Assembly: GCA_964016885.1 (NCBI GenBank)
Contig: OZ024743.1
Span: forward strand, 71,486,001-71,550,000
Direction of reading: 5' to 3'
Source: Eledone cirrhosa
Lineage: Eukaryota
DNA length: 64,000 nucleotides
Shown here: positions 1 through 14,915 of the stretch, one piece after another
How the letters are laid out: every line of letters begins with the position of its first letter
Numbering within the stretch: position 1 is the first letter of the stretch
Translations under genes and position numbers: made by a program
The notes under the pieces: model-generated
What the model was told of the DNA's origin: nothing
What the model saw: the letters and a program-made list of their open reading frames with translations, nothing else
The model's database searches: none

Positions 1-2372
1 AGGACACACAAACAACACATTTTCCCCCAATCAGAATTATTGACACACAGCATCATATAGATATTGCCGATGGTCTCGGACCCTCAGCGTCAGCAATGAG
101 GATGGGAAGAGACCAAAACTCTTGATAATGACGTGGCTATCAAATAATCTCTATTTGGCTCTGAACTCTTAATAGAATCATAGGTGACCCATGCTGACAT
201 ACAGCGTGTTTTGAGCATTACCCCTAGCAAAGCCTCTATTGTTTTAGGTCTGCTGGGAGTTGATATATTCTAGAGAAATAAAAAGAAAGAAATTTAAAGA
301 GATAGTGAAAGAGCTCCAGTACTGGACATGTACTTGTATATTTATAAATCTAGAAAGTCTGAAAAGCAAAGTTAACCCTGGAAGGGTTTGAAGTCAAAAT
401 GCAAAGGGTGGTAACGAATACTACAAAGCATTATATTCGTCTTTCCAACAACTCCACCAGTTCAACATCTTGCATGTATGACTAATACTTCAGTTTTGAG
501 AACATCAAGATAGCAGAAATAGTTTGTGTCCGGATTAAGTTCATTTTTACATTTTATTTCTCAATGTTGTGTGACAATCTTACTTGGAGTGGCCTCCACT
601 TTTGTCAGTCAATGGCCAAGTTCAATTTAATAGGTCTCCATCTTCTTTATCAGTTAGCTTTTCTCATATAAGAAAACATTTCATGTTTAAAATAGTGGAA
701 AAATCAAGGGTTAAAAAAGTTACTAAATCACTAAAACATATTTATCTTAAAAGCTTCTAAACGTCATATTTTCAGATCGCATGAAAGAATAAAGTTGAAT
801 TTTATAAAGCATCATATGGAATATTTCCATACAAAACACTCGAGAATACATTTCTTAGAATTGAAAGTATCTTTAAATATGTGGCTTCTGTAAATTTCAA
901 TAAAGAACATGCAATATTAAGTTTCCAAATATAGTTTAAGTTGTTTTATAAGATTTTATCTAAACGGCCATGCACATATATTTTAGTTTTTAACATTTTC
1001 GAATTAATGTATGGAATTTTGGAACCAAATGAACAATAAATATATAAAAACTATTTTCGTAAATTTTCCACACTAAACCTCAAAGATAAACATTTAGTTT
1101 CAGTTATATTTCATCTCGTGGTTCCCTTTCATATTGTTATTGACAAGATATTATTGCATGTGAAGCTAACGTCTTTTAAAATAAATTTATAATTGTATTA
1201 ACCACACATGAACACAAATTGCAGAGAGTTGAATTACGTTATAAACTACCAAATATATTTCACAAAATGTCGAGCCATTATGTTGGAAGCAAACAATCTT
1301 TGTCCCTATAGACTGTTTACAGATTATTACATTTGATTGTTTACGTAGGAACTATATTTAAACATGCATAAATAACGAGTCTATTTAGTTATAATTTGTC
1401 ACAGGATATGTTGATCTTCATAAGGTCATAAACTTGAATACGGTTTTACAGAATCATTCTAAGTGGTAATATACCTGGGTGGTATTTCAACGCTGAGCGC
1501 AGAGTCAGAACGACTACTTAAAGCACTCTACCCAACTTGTTAACGAGTTCGCCATTTCAGTGCTGAAATGCACGACAACCGATTCCATAAATTTTAGCAT
1601 GTTGTAGCAAGGAACATGTTGCCCACATGGCAATAAACAAATTAATAAAGCTTATTGGAGGTTAGTACATATTTAGATATAAGTTTGGTGATTCAGTTTC
1701 AAAATGAGGTATTGTATATAAAGACATATACTTTGTCTTCTATATCTATAGTGGGCGCTGTAAAGTTTCTGGCATAAAGGTATCACCAAAGGACAGAGCT
1801 GTTATCTTTACAGGGGAGGTAGGACCGCTGCAATAAATGTGTGAATCTCAGAGGGGAATATGTTGAATAACATCATAACTCATCCACTTATATTTCTTTT
1901 AACTGATCCTCTTATATTTTCTTTTATCCAAAGAAAAGGAACATTTCAGCACTCCGGTAGGTTTACAGAGAGGAATATATCTTTATAGAATTCATATAAC
2001 TATTTCTCGAAAACTACAAGAAAATTGTCCCCAGGAAAAGATAAAAACGTCACCGTCTAGAGCATAAGTTTCGACAATAAATAATCTAGTTGTTTGGATC
2101 AAATTAACAGACTAATGAAATTAAAGTGTAGTTGGTTGAGAATATCACAAAGACGTTTACTCACAAGATAATTCTCTGAGAGATTCAGTGTGACAAGGCT
2201 TGCCCTTTGAATTATATATACAGTCCACCAGACAGAGTTCTGAAAATTCCTATTACAAGTCATAGCTAGATATAGTAAATGACACATGCATAAGATGTCA
2301 TGATTGTGAATAGAACATCTTAACCGTTCGGCCATAATCACACACACACACAGACACACACACACACACACA

Positions 2373-2459
<87 letters not shown>

Positions 2460-2470
2460 GTATATATATA

Positions 2471-2664
2471 AGGAAAAGAGTCAGAATCCCGACGGGTGAG
2501 CTCAGGCCGTTTCGACAGCTAGATACGAACTGATCTAGCTGTCGAAACGGCTGGGGCTCAGCCGTCGGGGTTCTGACTCTTTTCCTATTACCCACTCTAC
2601 TACCCTAAGTATCGAGTACTCTGGTGCGTTATGGTCCACCTGGTTTCTTACCACACTTTCTTTG

Positions 2665-2666
<2 letters not shown>
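2471..2666 (+). mobile_element. PLE-type 3' tail with 116-bp fold-back (2471-2586) containing two half hammerheads
   Basis: aggaaaagagtcaga..ttcgacagctagat / atctagctgtcGAAAcggctg..cagccGTCgggg..ctgactcttttcct. Homologous to 57413-57540; TA-flanked. Confidence 0.75.
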
Positions 2667-2710
<44 letters not shown>

Positions 2711-2928
2711 AGTTAAAACAATGAAATAAAAAAATCAAGTCATTAGAGATATACTTCACTGCTTTACGATCGTTTCTAGATGATGATAGTACATTGTAGC
2801 TATACTCAGTAATTGATCTATGTAAGGTTATTTACTAACTATCAGAAAAAGAGAATATTTACTTACATGCATATCACCAGCTGTTTTCAAAAGCAATAAT
2901 AATTTTATTCAATAATTTCTCTATTTTC

Positions 2929-2979
<51 letters not shown>

Positions 2980-3047
2980 TGTATGTATGTATGTATGTAT
3001 GTATGTATGTATATATGTATATATATATATATATGTATATATATATG

Positions 3048-3081
<34 letters not shown>

Positions 3082-3300
3082 CATATAAATGAAAATAGAG
3101 AAATTATTGTGAGCAAGAACCCAACAATATTTCATAATATATAAGTGACTATAACGTCAAGATGGAAATATATTTAACGTAAGATATGGGAAAATAATTC
3201 AAACTCAATTCAAAAAGAGTCAAGACAGAAATTCTATCCACAGATTTTGTGAAATCCAGGGAAAAAACCAATAGAGCCTTAACTCAGAATAAAATTAAGG

Positions 3301-3373
<73 letters not shown>

Positions 3374-3389
3374 ATATATATATTAATTA

Positions 3390-3936
3390 AGTGCAAGAAT
3401 TGCAGGAACTGGCGCAGTAATGGGCCAGCTTCAATATTTATGAGAAAAAAATGGGTAAGTGTAAAAGCCAAAGGCACTATCCTTAAATCGGTATTCTGGC
3501 CAACTCATACCTCTGTTTATAGATCTTGTGTAATGACCAAAAGAATGCGATCGTGAATACCAGCGGCTGAAATGAGGTTCCTCCAAAGGGTGTTTCGAAT
3601 AACAATTCTCGATAGAGTGCATAGTTCTATAAGAGAGGCGCTCCAGGTAGAGCCGCTATTTCTCCAAATTGAGAGATCACATCTCCGATATATCGGATAT
3701 GTGGTTAGAATGTCTGAGGAAAGAATTGGTGGTTATATTTTACGGGCAAATCTAACTTGCAAGAGACCCAAGCGTAGAATCTGAGCAAGATGGTTGGAAA
3801 ACATCCATGAGCTTGGTTGGTTTCGCTTGGGGAATCTCATCAATCAATTAAAAACGGCCGCTTCTGACAAGACCCACTAGAAGGAGTACTTGAGGAATCT
3901 GCCCTCACAAACCTCCCACCAATACGTGAGCGAAGA

Positions 3937-3938
<2 letters not shown>
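3390..3938 (+). mobile_element. RTE-clade LINE 3' fragment
   Basis: AAEMRFLQRV..DRVHS..EPLFLQIERSHLRYIGYVVRM..KRP; ends in a gaagaag tail. Confidence 0.88.
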
Positions 3939-4029
<91 letters not shown>

Positions 4030-4075
4030 AATTATAGAAATTACATTAATCAAAGTTCAGTTTAAATCATTTATT

Positions 4076-4122
4076 TGCTTACAATTGTTTCTTCCAAACC
4101 GAGGTTTGGATTCTTCGGAGCA
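4076..4122 (-). ncRNA. Minimal hammerhead ribozyme motif (U4C variant) at end of a PLE-type remnant
   Basis: Minus strand: tgct CCGAAGA a tccaaacc-tc-ggtttgga a GAAA c aatt GTA agca, then AATAAA. Stems I, II and III all pair. Confidence 0.7.
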
Positions 4123-4750
4123 ACTATTTAGTGATTTATAACATACTTGACCTCTTTTTCAACACAAGAGACATATAAAAACATATGTATATATTGACCC
4201 ACAGTAGGGTGACATCCATCATAATGATATAGCATGGCAATTTACAGATAAGGGTTAAAGGACAAAATTAAAGTTAAAATTAAAATAAAAATAAAATTAA
4301 AAATAAAACATTGGCAGTTTATGAAGATAAAGCAAGAGGAAAGTTTAGAGTAGTCAGTGTATGAAACAGTCTCACGTGTGGCATGCACGCGTGTCTTATT
4401 TATACAGGATCATAGTGCGGCAGATTGTTACATGTAAAAACAAGCATAGTGATAAATATATTTAATGAATTTCAGGACCTAATTGAGCCATCTTAAGAAG
4501 ACGTATATATCATCCAAACAACCAGAAGGAAACGGCTAATTGATGAGTTAATATACTCATTCGTTCTTAATAGTATTCGGAAATAAACATATCAATAACC
4601 ATTTTTTTCAATTTGTGTATAATTATATACACATTGGCGCAGTCTCAGTTGTAAAATGTGTATATATGCAGATATATCTAAACCGTACACCTCGGCTGCT
4701 AGCGCACGTCATAATATATATATATATAATTTTTTCATTACCATTGTAAG

Positions 4751-4836
4751 GGATCTGACGAGCCACAGATTACAGATTCGGGATAGATCGATACAGATCG
4801 AACCATGAGCTGATCAGTGGCGAAACGCGCGTCACC
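4751..4836 (+). ncRNA. Hammerhead motif with long loop II
   Basis: CTGACGA (4755) gccac..gtggc GAAA c gcgc GTC (4831-33) acc, then AATAAA at 4841. Palindromic loop III; stem I is weak. Confidence 0.7.
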
Positions 4837-4975
4837 AACCAATAAACTAAATGAAGGAGTAACCAATCGTCCTTGTTTTATTTTACTACAATACACTCTG
4901 TCTAACTCTACACCTCGACACAGAAGTGAACATAAGCATCGAGTGAACCTACAGTAACTCTAAGTTATACTCCCT

Positions 4976-5058
<83 letters not shown>

Positions 5059-5296
5059 TAAAATGTGGAGAAGGAACACATGAGTTGGAATATATATATA
5101 AAGGGAGAAAACAACGATTATTAGGAAGAAAACATTTTTTTTTTCCTTTATTTTTTTCCTCTTTTTTCTGGGTTAGAAAATGTTTAAAACAAAATATTTT
5201 ACTTTGTGTGAAGTGTTAAGGTATTAGTTAATTTATTTATTAATTAACAATAGCATTGATTTATTTATTTATTAAGATATTTATTTAATAATTATC

Positions 5297-5332
5297 AATT
5301 ACCAGTTTCAGCATTTTATACATTATCAAATT
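5297..5332 (-). ncRNA. Degenerate hammerhead motif, U3:A8 variant
   Basis: Minus strand: aat TTGATAA tg..ct GAAA ctg GTA att, with AATAAA downstream. The context is AT-rich, so a chance match is possible. Confidence 0.4.
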
Positions 5333-6176
5333 ATGTGAGTGAGAGAGAAAATAAAGGGGTGAATTTGTATTGGTATAACATGTAGGAGACAAGATAAGGT
5401 GATGTTGAACATGTTATTGAAATGGGAAAAAAAGAATAATATTATTTACAAACAAGGTTTTTTAAGTAAAAAAAAGGGTGATGTGGAACATGATATGGTA
5501 ATGGGAAAGAAAAATAATATTATTTACAAGCATGGTTCTTGAGGATAAGCAGTTCAAAAAGTGTTATTATTGCAGGAGCGCTTAGAGAAGTTGATCGATG
5601 ATGGAGGCAAATGTGTGCCTATATAAATATATATATATATATGTCATTTTAATGGAGTATTCTAATATTACTTTTGGTAAGGTGAGAGAAGCTCAATGCA
5701 CATTAAAATCCTCACATCGTGAGGAATTCAAAACATGAAATATTCTTCTAAAGTTAAAATTCTTGTTGTTGAGACCAATAATAGTAGCAGAACAATAATA
5801 TTTAAAATGAAGAAAACCAAAAATACATTCTTTAATTTCTACCTCAATCTATAATCACAATCTCTTAAAATTACGCACGTTAAAACCATTCCATGTACTG
5901 TCTAACTTAAATGCTTGCCTTACGCCCAATATTTGAAATGGTATTTATTCTTATTACTTGAATTTGGTAAACTTTATTCCTTCTTAAATTTTCTGAAGAT
6001 GTGTAGATATATGGTAATTAACTGTTTCTGATAAATTATTGTTTGTATATACATTTACCATTGTCATTTGTATAGAAACGTACGTAGAAATTAAAGAATG
6101 GATTAATATATATATATATATTGTGGTCTACCTGGTTTTTACCACACCCTATCTGATATATATATGTATGTATATG

Positions 6177-6257
<81 letters not shown>

Positions 6258-6502
6258 AAGTTTAGTAGAAAGTTCCCCTCCGAGGTACAAGTCCGAGCAA
6301 GGTTGTTTGTGGCAGACCAGCAGTCACCCATGCATACCATCGTCACTTCTCAACGCCACCAATGTTGTCTAAGGGAAAGGCAATGCTTAATACAGCTTTG
6401 AAGCAACTCAATTCTACATCTGAGTGAATTGGAGCAAGGTGAAATAAAGTGTGTTGCTCAAGGAAACAACCTTCTGATTGCAAACCACTAAGCCATCCGC
6501 CT

Positions 6503-6646
<144 letters not shown>

Positions 6647-7226
6647 CATTCGGTATATAAGGATGTAATTCACTTCAACCACTCGACGTCATATTACTTC
6701 TTTAAAATAAGGATGACGCTGTATATTTATAAAGAGGAAAATGTGAAGTTGTAGATGAGTCTTTTATTAATTGAGCCGTTAACCTTGGATGTTCGGGTTG
6801 TGAAGTCTTAAATGTTTTTTTTTCATGATAATTTATATACCATAGCATTGGGTAAGATTCTCACTTTGGTGTTGATGATCGGTATAATCACCCACCATAA
6901 ACGAGTAGTGGGTACACATGCAGTGGAATTCTGCTGGACACCAAAGTCAGCAGTGAATGAATTTGGCTGGACTGAAGTCCCCCTGACCGTAGAGTTTTGT
7001 GGGCTGAGGTGGTGGGTGACTGGTAGCTAGAGAGAGCAGCTAAGGTTAGTAGTATTCAGGGTGGTATTTGAATGGTCAGCCTCCCGCACATCTGCGTATG
7101 CGCAGAGCTGTCGGGAGGTCCTGAAAGTTAGAAGGGAGCAGACAATCAAAGCATAACATACATATTTTTAATCCGCCGCCTTCCACCCATAATTTCCTTC
7201 GGAAATGTTACCTTTACTCAATCTTT

Positions 7227-7278
7227 CTGTCTGAAGAAATCATGATATCTGCTGTTATCATGGAAATATGTATAACGG
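7227..7278 (+). ncRNA. Hammerhead motif (family shared with 57986-58040)
   Basis: ctgt CTGAAGA aat catgata..tatcatg GAAA t atgt ATA acgg; AATAAA at 7286. An inverted copy of the downstream tail lies at 6730-6782. Confidence 0.7.
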
Positions 7279-7325
7279 TTCACTTAATAAAAGACTCTAC
7301 ATATACAACTTCGCATTTTCCTCTT

Positions 7326-7386
<61 letters not shown>

Positions 7387-7390
7387 AATG

Positions 7391-7498
7391 GCTTCTACAA
7401 GACTAGAACTGTTTCATTCGGGAGAAATCATCAGGAAGCTCTGATCAGGGCTTCCTGATGATTTCTCCCAAATGAAACCATTCTAGTCCTGTAGAAGC
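7391..7498. ncRNA. Fold-back pair of divergent hammerheads (minus 7391-7439, plus 7450-7498)
   Basis: Both arms read close to gcttc CTGATGA tttctccc(g/a)aat GAAA c.. ttctagtc (c/t)tGTA gaagc around the central palindrome ctgatcag. Flanked by (GA)n/(TC)n and (TA)n. Confidence 0.85.
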
Positions 7499-7499
7499 C

Positions 7500-7578
<79 letters not shown>

Positions 7579-7701
7579 TACATTTTGAGTATGTGTTGGT
7601 TGTTTACCGAGCACTCGACGAAGTACGCAGGTTGGTGTGGTTACTCCGGAGTAATGTAAAATAAGTAAGTCAAACATGTTAAATTTGGCTTCGTTTATTA
7701 T

Positions 7702-7754
7702 CTGCTATATATATTTCAGTGACAGCTATTATTGGCTGTGACCTCTTCAGGCAG
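7702..7754 (-). ncRNA. Intact minimal hammerhead motif
   Basis: Minus strand: ctgc CTGAAGA g gtcacagc..gctgtcac t GAAA t atat ATA gcag, then ataataaa. Confidence 0.85.
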
Positions 7755-7870
7755 TACAAATTAATGTAGAAATAACAGGTAAACATGGTATTGAAATGTG
7801 TTCCACTCTGTCAATTCATCGATATGTCAAGCTCCTGGGTGTGTTGTTAGTCCTACGAGGATCTGGAATC

Positions 7871-7987
<117 letters not shown>

Positions 7988-8278
7988 CCATACATATATT
8001 CACGCATATATACACATTGCACGTGGTTATATGTGTGTATATGTAAGTATGTATACATTATTAATAGGATGGAGATTCGACTGCAAGTTCAGACGGTTTC
8101 GCCTTAACATTGGCAAGCTTCTTCAGGAAAACATTTCACCATGCATAGAGTACTGCTCTGATTTGTGGTCTTCCAAGTCTTCGCACCGCACACACACACG
8201 CACACACGCTATATATGTCTGTGTGTGTTTATATCTGCATACACATATAGAGATCAACATGCACCCCCCCCCTTTACA

Positions 8279-8309
<31 letters not shown>

Positions 8310-9023
8310 CATAAAAACATATTGAACTATAGTTAGTTGGCCGCCTATATTTTAACTTGATATTTATATAATAGTTGTATTTATATAACAGCTACAAAAA
8401 AATACAACCCTCAACAAATAAAGAAAAACAGTAAGTAATATAGCATTATTATCTCAAGTTTACACGGTAAGTACTGAACGCTGAAGATTTCTTAAAATAA
8501 CTGACAATGTCACATTGTAACAGTGGTTACACTGTTATGTCGATCGTTTTCTCAATGTACACGAAAACGGAAGTATGTTGCGTTCATCTCCTCCCAGCTA
8601 TATTACAGTCTTCAAGTTTGATTGGTTGTAGAAGAGCTAGTTGAAAGCACAGCCACCATTATCAGCTTATATTTGTACACTTTTAGTTCTTTATACGAGC
8701 ATTTCCCTCACAAAATTGGTAAAAACAATTGTTCCCGACAATAAAACAAACAACTACAATAATATGCTATCTTTCTCGATTATATTTGGCAATGTTTTAA
8801 GTGCGAATCATGTATGGAAACATCTACTATTACATCTTTGTAGACTTAATTTAATTACCTAGCTCACTTCTACCTGCTTTAAGTGCTATAAAATGTTTAT
8901 ATCGAAGTGGTTATATAGTCCGATTCGTAACTCGTTGGTTTTGGGTTCAATCTTGGCACGTGGTCTCATGGGAAGTGCCTTCTGTTACAGAATCGGGTCG
9001 ACTAAACTGCAGAAGCCTTTCGA

Positions 9024-9090
<67 letters not shown>

Positions 9091-9714
9091 TTTAATAAAA
9101 AAAAACAAATATTTACTTCTGCGTCTACAAATTGATTTCTCAGTTTCAGAAGATCCCGTATAGGGTGAAAGCAGAGATCCTTTGCTCGATTTTACAAAGT
9201 TCCCTTTTAAATGGTATGTAGAACACAGAGTATATTGATTATATTAATACTTCTATTAATGCATCTTATCTATTATGTTAATATGCATGGTCTCTTAACT
9301 CCCAAAGGAGTCGTAAGGGCGCCGTATTGACATGCGGCATTTCTAGGGCATTTATTAAAACTGGCAGAGCCCATCTCTCTCCAGGTTTGAACACAGCCGA
9401 TTTCTTCCAGAGAAGGATAGAAAGCGTGAGAGAATGGAACTTGAATTTTTTTTTTCATCTACGTGTTATGAATGAAAGGCAAAGTTGTTCTCGACAGGAT
9501 TTGAACTCAGATAGCAGAAATGAATTCCCCCAAAGAATTCTATCGGATGTTCTAACGACTCTACTAATTTGCTGTCTTTCTGTTCGTTATTCTAAATATT
9601 CAAAGTACTTTAAGTTAGTTGTCATAGTTTATAAAGATTTGACCACATTGAAATTTCTAGTAACATTGATGTGGGACAGATATTTCGATACCCAACTCTG
9701 ATTTATGTTGTAAG

Positions 9715-9945
9715 AATTATTTACGTTATCTTTCACAACAGTTTTCTCGGTGGAATCAGAAATGCTTCTTTGAGAAATGGTGAATATATCTGTTCTATGT
9801 TTTTCAAAATATCTCCACTTATTTATTTTATCTTCCACACCAGTTTTCTCGGTGGAATCAGAAATGCTGCTTTGAGAAATGGCGAATATATTTGTCCAAA
9901 GTTTTACAAAATATCTTCCTTTATTTATATTTTCATCTTCCTCCC
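9715..9945. repeat. ~102-bp tandem duplication
   Basis: cagttttctcggtggaatcagaaatgct at 9738 and 9841. Confidence 0.88.
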
Positions 9946-10780
9946 CAGCACTTTCAGTGAAAACAGATATGCTACTTTCAGAACTGACTACTATATTATG
10001 TTTTAAAAGATATTATTTTAAAACTATGTTGTAGGTTTTGTCGCTTTCCTCGATATTAGGATAGGAAAAGACATTTTAGTTGCTCTGATTTCGGTAGTAG
10101 TCGGCATTAAATATTTTCTATGTATTCAATTCCTCATGATAGGTGACATCTGTTGTTTTGTTTTTTCCTGTTATTTTCTGTAAGAAGGTGACAACCAAGT
10201 TAGACAGTTGCTTTCCAGGCATTTTCACTTACAATTTTTCATCCATGGATCGGAAAGCAAAAATTAATCTGATTGAAATGTTGACATAGAGATCACGTTT
10301 TCTAAGAGATTCCACTGACAAATACAAGACTTTAGAAATCCTTATTCCATTGGCCATTCCAGAAATATATTCACACCAGTTCTCTTTGAGTCGTTGAAGA
10401 TTAAAAAGATTTTAAATCTTCTCTCGATTCTAATAAAGTGAAGACGAAAACAGAACTATGTGATGGAAAATATAAAAATATAAAAGAAATGTTAATATAT
10501 TTTAGAACGTACATAATCAACAAGAAGAAAATTCTCGCGTTATAAAAGGTATTTTTTCATGCAGTAGTATTTATATATATCCATCAATAGTTTTTGCTCT
10601 CACAAAGGATTAGTGCCATCCGAGTTGTAGCATCAATCTCTTCTCTCCACAGCTTCAGCATTGGAAGAACCTTTTAATCTCTCGCTCCCACACCCACTCT
10701 CTCTCATTTTACCACACACAGAAGCATACATACATGCATGTACATATTTTCTAGATTCATATATATACATACACATATAT

Positions 10781-10871
<91 letters not shown>

Positions 10872-11588
10872 CATATATCTCTCTCTCTCTCTATATATAT
10901 ATATTCATACGTACATGCATATATTGTGTTGCAGTTGCTGTCTCTATTTAATGGTAACTCAAAGCTATCAGAGAAGTATGCAACTTTCAAATTCTCCTCA
11001 ACGTAACCAACTATTTTCGTAATATCTAACAAGACTACTGGAGAATATTGATTTCCTATACGAACAGAAGTTGTTACATGTTAAAGTGAATAAAGATAGA
11101 ATAAAGATATAAGTTTATGGCACGCATGCTGTTCCAAAAATATTAGCGAAATAAATGAGTTTTAAAGGAACTATTAATTCAGCTTACGTGGAATGTGTTC
11201 TTTGTTACGTTAGAACCAACATATGTTGCAAATACATAGATACTATTATATTGGATTGTAACATAAATTCCCGCCGTTGTTATAAGACTTCTTAATAAAA
11301 GAAACGACGGGAATATATGTTACTACCCAATATATACGAAAATATATAGGCACTATTTTATATGATGTGTTTTACTATATAAAATATGACTCGGGCACAT
11401 AGACACTATTATATATATGAAAATATATAGGCACTATTTCATATGGTGTGTTTTACTATATAAAATATGACACGGACACATAGATAATATAATATATATG
11501 AAAATATGAAGGTGGTATTTTATATAATGTGTTTAACTATATGAAATATGACACGGACACAGTCACTATTATATATGAAAATATATAG

Positions 11589-11849
11589 CAGACCTGCCAA
11601 CCACTAACAACCCGAATCAGGGGTACCATGAAAGAAAAGTACCCTAAAACGGGGAGAAATGAGGCAAAATGGGGTGATTTTACACAATTGTTTCTATTTT
11701 AGGCACAAGGCCAGCAATTACCCAGTACATTACCGGTACCCCGTAAGGATGAAAGGCAAAGTTAACCTCGGCTTTTACATAATGAAAGTTATACAGATTT
11801 TCACAGTGTGAGAGATCTCCCCGTCCGAAAGAGAGGGTTGACAGATCTG
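11589..11849. mobile_element. MITE with CAGACCTG(C/T)CAAC TIRs (hAT-like), carrying a truncated SINE; further copies at 13290-13462 and 18782-19175
   Basis: cagacctgccaacc ... ggttgacagatctg; shared body taccatgaaa..ggagaaatgaggcaaaa..tgggg. Confidence 0.75.
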
Positions 11850-11874
11850 ATATAAGCACTATTATATATAACTA

Positions 11875-12060
11875 GCGGTGGATTGGCAGTATCGGTAGAG
11901 AGTCGAACGCCATGCTTTGCAGCAAAAAGTTACGGCCCTTTATGGTCTGAGTTCAAATCCCACCGAGGTTAACTTTGCCTTTCATCCTTAACGGCTCGAT
12001 AAAATAAAGTACCAGTAATACACTAGGGTAATTGCTGGCCTTGTGCCAAAAGTAGAAACT
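11875..12060 (+). mobile_element. tRNA-derived SINE family A (Nin/Deu-like central domain), full length
   Basis: A-box tggcagtatcgg, B-box gagttcaaatcc, body gcctttcatcctta..tcgataaaataaagtaccag; ~19-bp TSD actattatatataactagc. Confidence 0.92.
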
Positions 12061-12442
12061 ATTATATATAACTAGCAGGACGCATGGAAATTCCATGGGC
12101 GAAAAAATTAAAGTGGAGCTATTGAAGAGATATTCGTGTAGTTGTACATTATCTCTTCTCTCCTCTTGTTTTTGTCTACCTTGCTCTAAAAAGATATGCT
12201 TCTGTTCTTTATTCATTTACTCTGGCTCTGTGTTGTCGTCTTCTATCTTTTTCTATTATTTCTTCTCGCTCTTCCTGACTGATCCATTCTCTATATTTGT
12301 GCACCCTTACTCGAGCAGCTTCCAACCGTCTTTCTTGAATAAATCCATTCTATTAAAGTACTTCTTTTGCAAGTAATACATTTCTTAATATAGATATATT
12401 AGACACATGTGTGAACTGGTAAGTTAAGGGTAAATGTGGGTT

Positions 12443-12497
<55 letters not shown>

Positions 12498-13729
12498 TAA
12501 CTCGTAACCTAATATATCTTCTTTCACATAGAGACAAGCACCCGAACATTCGTTGCAATTGTGTATGAGTAAATAAATATAAACGCGGAAACAAACATAA
12601 ACACTCACATACATACGCATACATAAACACTCACATACATACGCAAACATAAGCACATACACACAACCATTCACATACACAAACACACATCTATAAATAC
12701 ATATACCTAAACAGATACAGAGAAAATAATCATTAGATACACAGCGTTCTAGATTTCATTACAATTGTGTGTGTATGTGTATATACATACGTATATATTT
12801 GTATGTATAACTATATACACGCACAAACACACATACTCTGACACAAAACATACACATACAATCAAACAAACATAAACATACTGCACATACATATACACAC
12901 TCACACAAACATACACATACATACACTCACATAAATACACACACATAGATACACTCATATGTGTAGCTCATGGAACGCTCGTCGCTCTTTCATTTCACCA
13001 CCCCCTTCCTTCCTCAAATATTACATAGATGTGTGTGTGTGTAATAATTATTTTCTATAATGTGTCTATTTATGAATATGTATGTGGAGATGTGTGTGTG
13101 TGTATATATATATATATATGTGTGTGTGTGTTTGTACTTCGGTTGTTTGTGTGTCTGTATGTATTTATGTGTAGATGTGTGTGTGTATGTAACTAAAGCG
13201 TAACGTACACACGAACGAATGGACGAAACATATGAAGAATTATAATATGATGTTTTACTGTATAAAATATGCCTCTGGCACATATACACCATGTCTGGAA
13301 ACCTCTAAAAACCCAAACGGGGAGTACCATGAAAAAAAGTGCCCCGAAAAAGGGAGAAATGAGGCAAAAATGGGGAGACTTTACATTTTCACAAGAAAGA
13401 CATATCTCACCCACCCCAAAATGGGTGGGAGATCATCCCGACTGACGGGGAGAGTTGACAGGCACTATTATATATTGAAATATATAAGCACTATTATATA
13501 ATGTGTTTTACAATACGAAATGCGCTTCTGATACATAGGCACTATTATATATGAAGCACACCTCTATAAAATAGAGGCACTACTATTTATGAGACACAGC
13601 TCTATGACCCATATATATTATTATATATAAAACATCTCTATAAATCGTAGGCAATATTATGTATGAAACATACCTCTAATACACGTACAATATTATAAAT
13701 CAATGATACATCTACAATATATAGCCATT

Positions 13730-13922
13730 AGGATTAGCAGTATCGGTAGAGGGTCGAACACCATGCTTTGACGCATAGAGTTACTTTGTAGCCCTTGCCA
13801 TTCTGAGTTTAAATCCTGCCGAGGTTAACTTTGCCTTTCATCCTTACGGGGTCGATAAAATAAAAGTACCAGTAATACAGTGGGTAATTGCTGGCCTTGT
13901 GCAAGAAAGTAGAAACAATTAT
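13730..13922 (+). mobile_element. SINE family A copy
   Basis: Same head, body and tail as 11875-12060. Confidence 0.9.
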
Positions 13923-14168
13923 TATATGTGAAACATAACCCTATAATATATAGGCACTATCATATATGAACCATCTATAATTTATAGGCTATATTATATG
14001 TGAAACATACCCCTATAATATATAGGCACTATCATATATGAACCATCTATAATTTATAGGCTATATTATATGTGAAACATACCCCTATAATATATAGGCA
14101 CTATCATATATGAAACATCTATAATTTATAGGCTACATTATATGTGAAACATACCCCTATAATATATG
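13921..14168. repeat. 72-bp tandem repeat (~3.5 units) within a larger degenerate ataggcactattatatatgaa satellite (11330-15000)
   Basis: attatatgtgaaacata starts at 13921, 13993, 14065 and 14137. Confidence 0.88.
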
Positions 14169-14539
14169 ACGCATCAATAATAATCTTCTTTCTCTTTAAG
14201 TCCCGTAACTCTTGATGGAGTCGTAGAGGCGCCGTTTTGGGAGCCTTTTCAGCCTGGTGGAGTTCATCGCTCTCCGGGTCAGAACACAGCAGAGAAGGAA
14301 AGAGAAGGAAAGAGAATGTGAGAGAGAGGAAATGAGAAAGATATATCGATGAAGAATCGACCTCAGTATTTGACTGGTACTTTTTTATCAATCTGGAATG
14401 GATGAAAAGTTGACCTGGGTGGTATTTGAATTCCAGAGAGCCGGAACAAATACCGCAAAGCATTCTATCTGACGTGTTAACGGCTCGACCTATTCACCTC
14501 ACCTATAATATATAGTTAATATTATATATTAAACATAGG

Positions 14540-14915
14540 GATGGATTGTCAGTATCGGTAGAGCGTCAGACACTATGCTTCGCTGCATAGAGTTAAGGCC
14601 CTTTACGTTCTGATTTCAAATTCCGCCCAGTTTAGCTTTGCTTTCCCTTCATACGGGATCGATAAAATTGTTTCTACTTTTGACACAAGGCCAGCAATTA
14701 TTCCAGTGCATTAGTGGTACTTTATTTTATCGACCGCGAAAGAATGAAAGGCAAAGTTAACCTCGGAGGGATCTTCAAAGCATGGTGTCTGACACTCCAG
14801 CGATACTGCTAATACGCGGTCGATAAAATTAAGTACCAGTCATGCACTGGGGTCGATTTAATCGACTTTCACTCCTTTCATATTGCTTGCCTTTTACCTA
14901 AAATAGAAAATCAAT
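14540..14915. mobile_element. SINE A (+) interrupted by a nested inverted SINE A (14667-14817)
   Basis: Outer copy is split at a duplicated tcgataaaatt. Confidence 0.8.
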
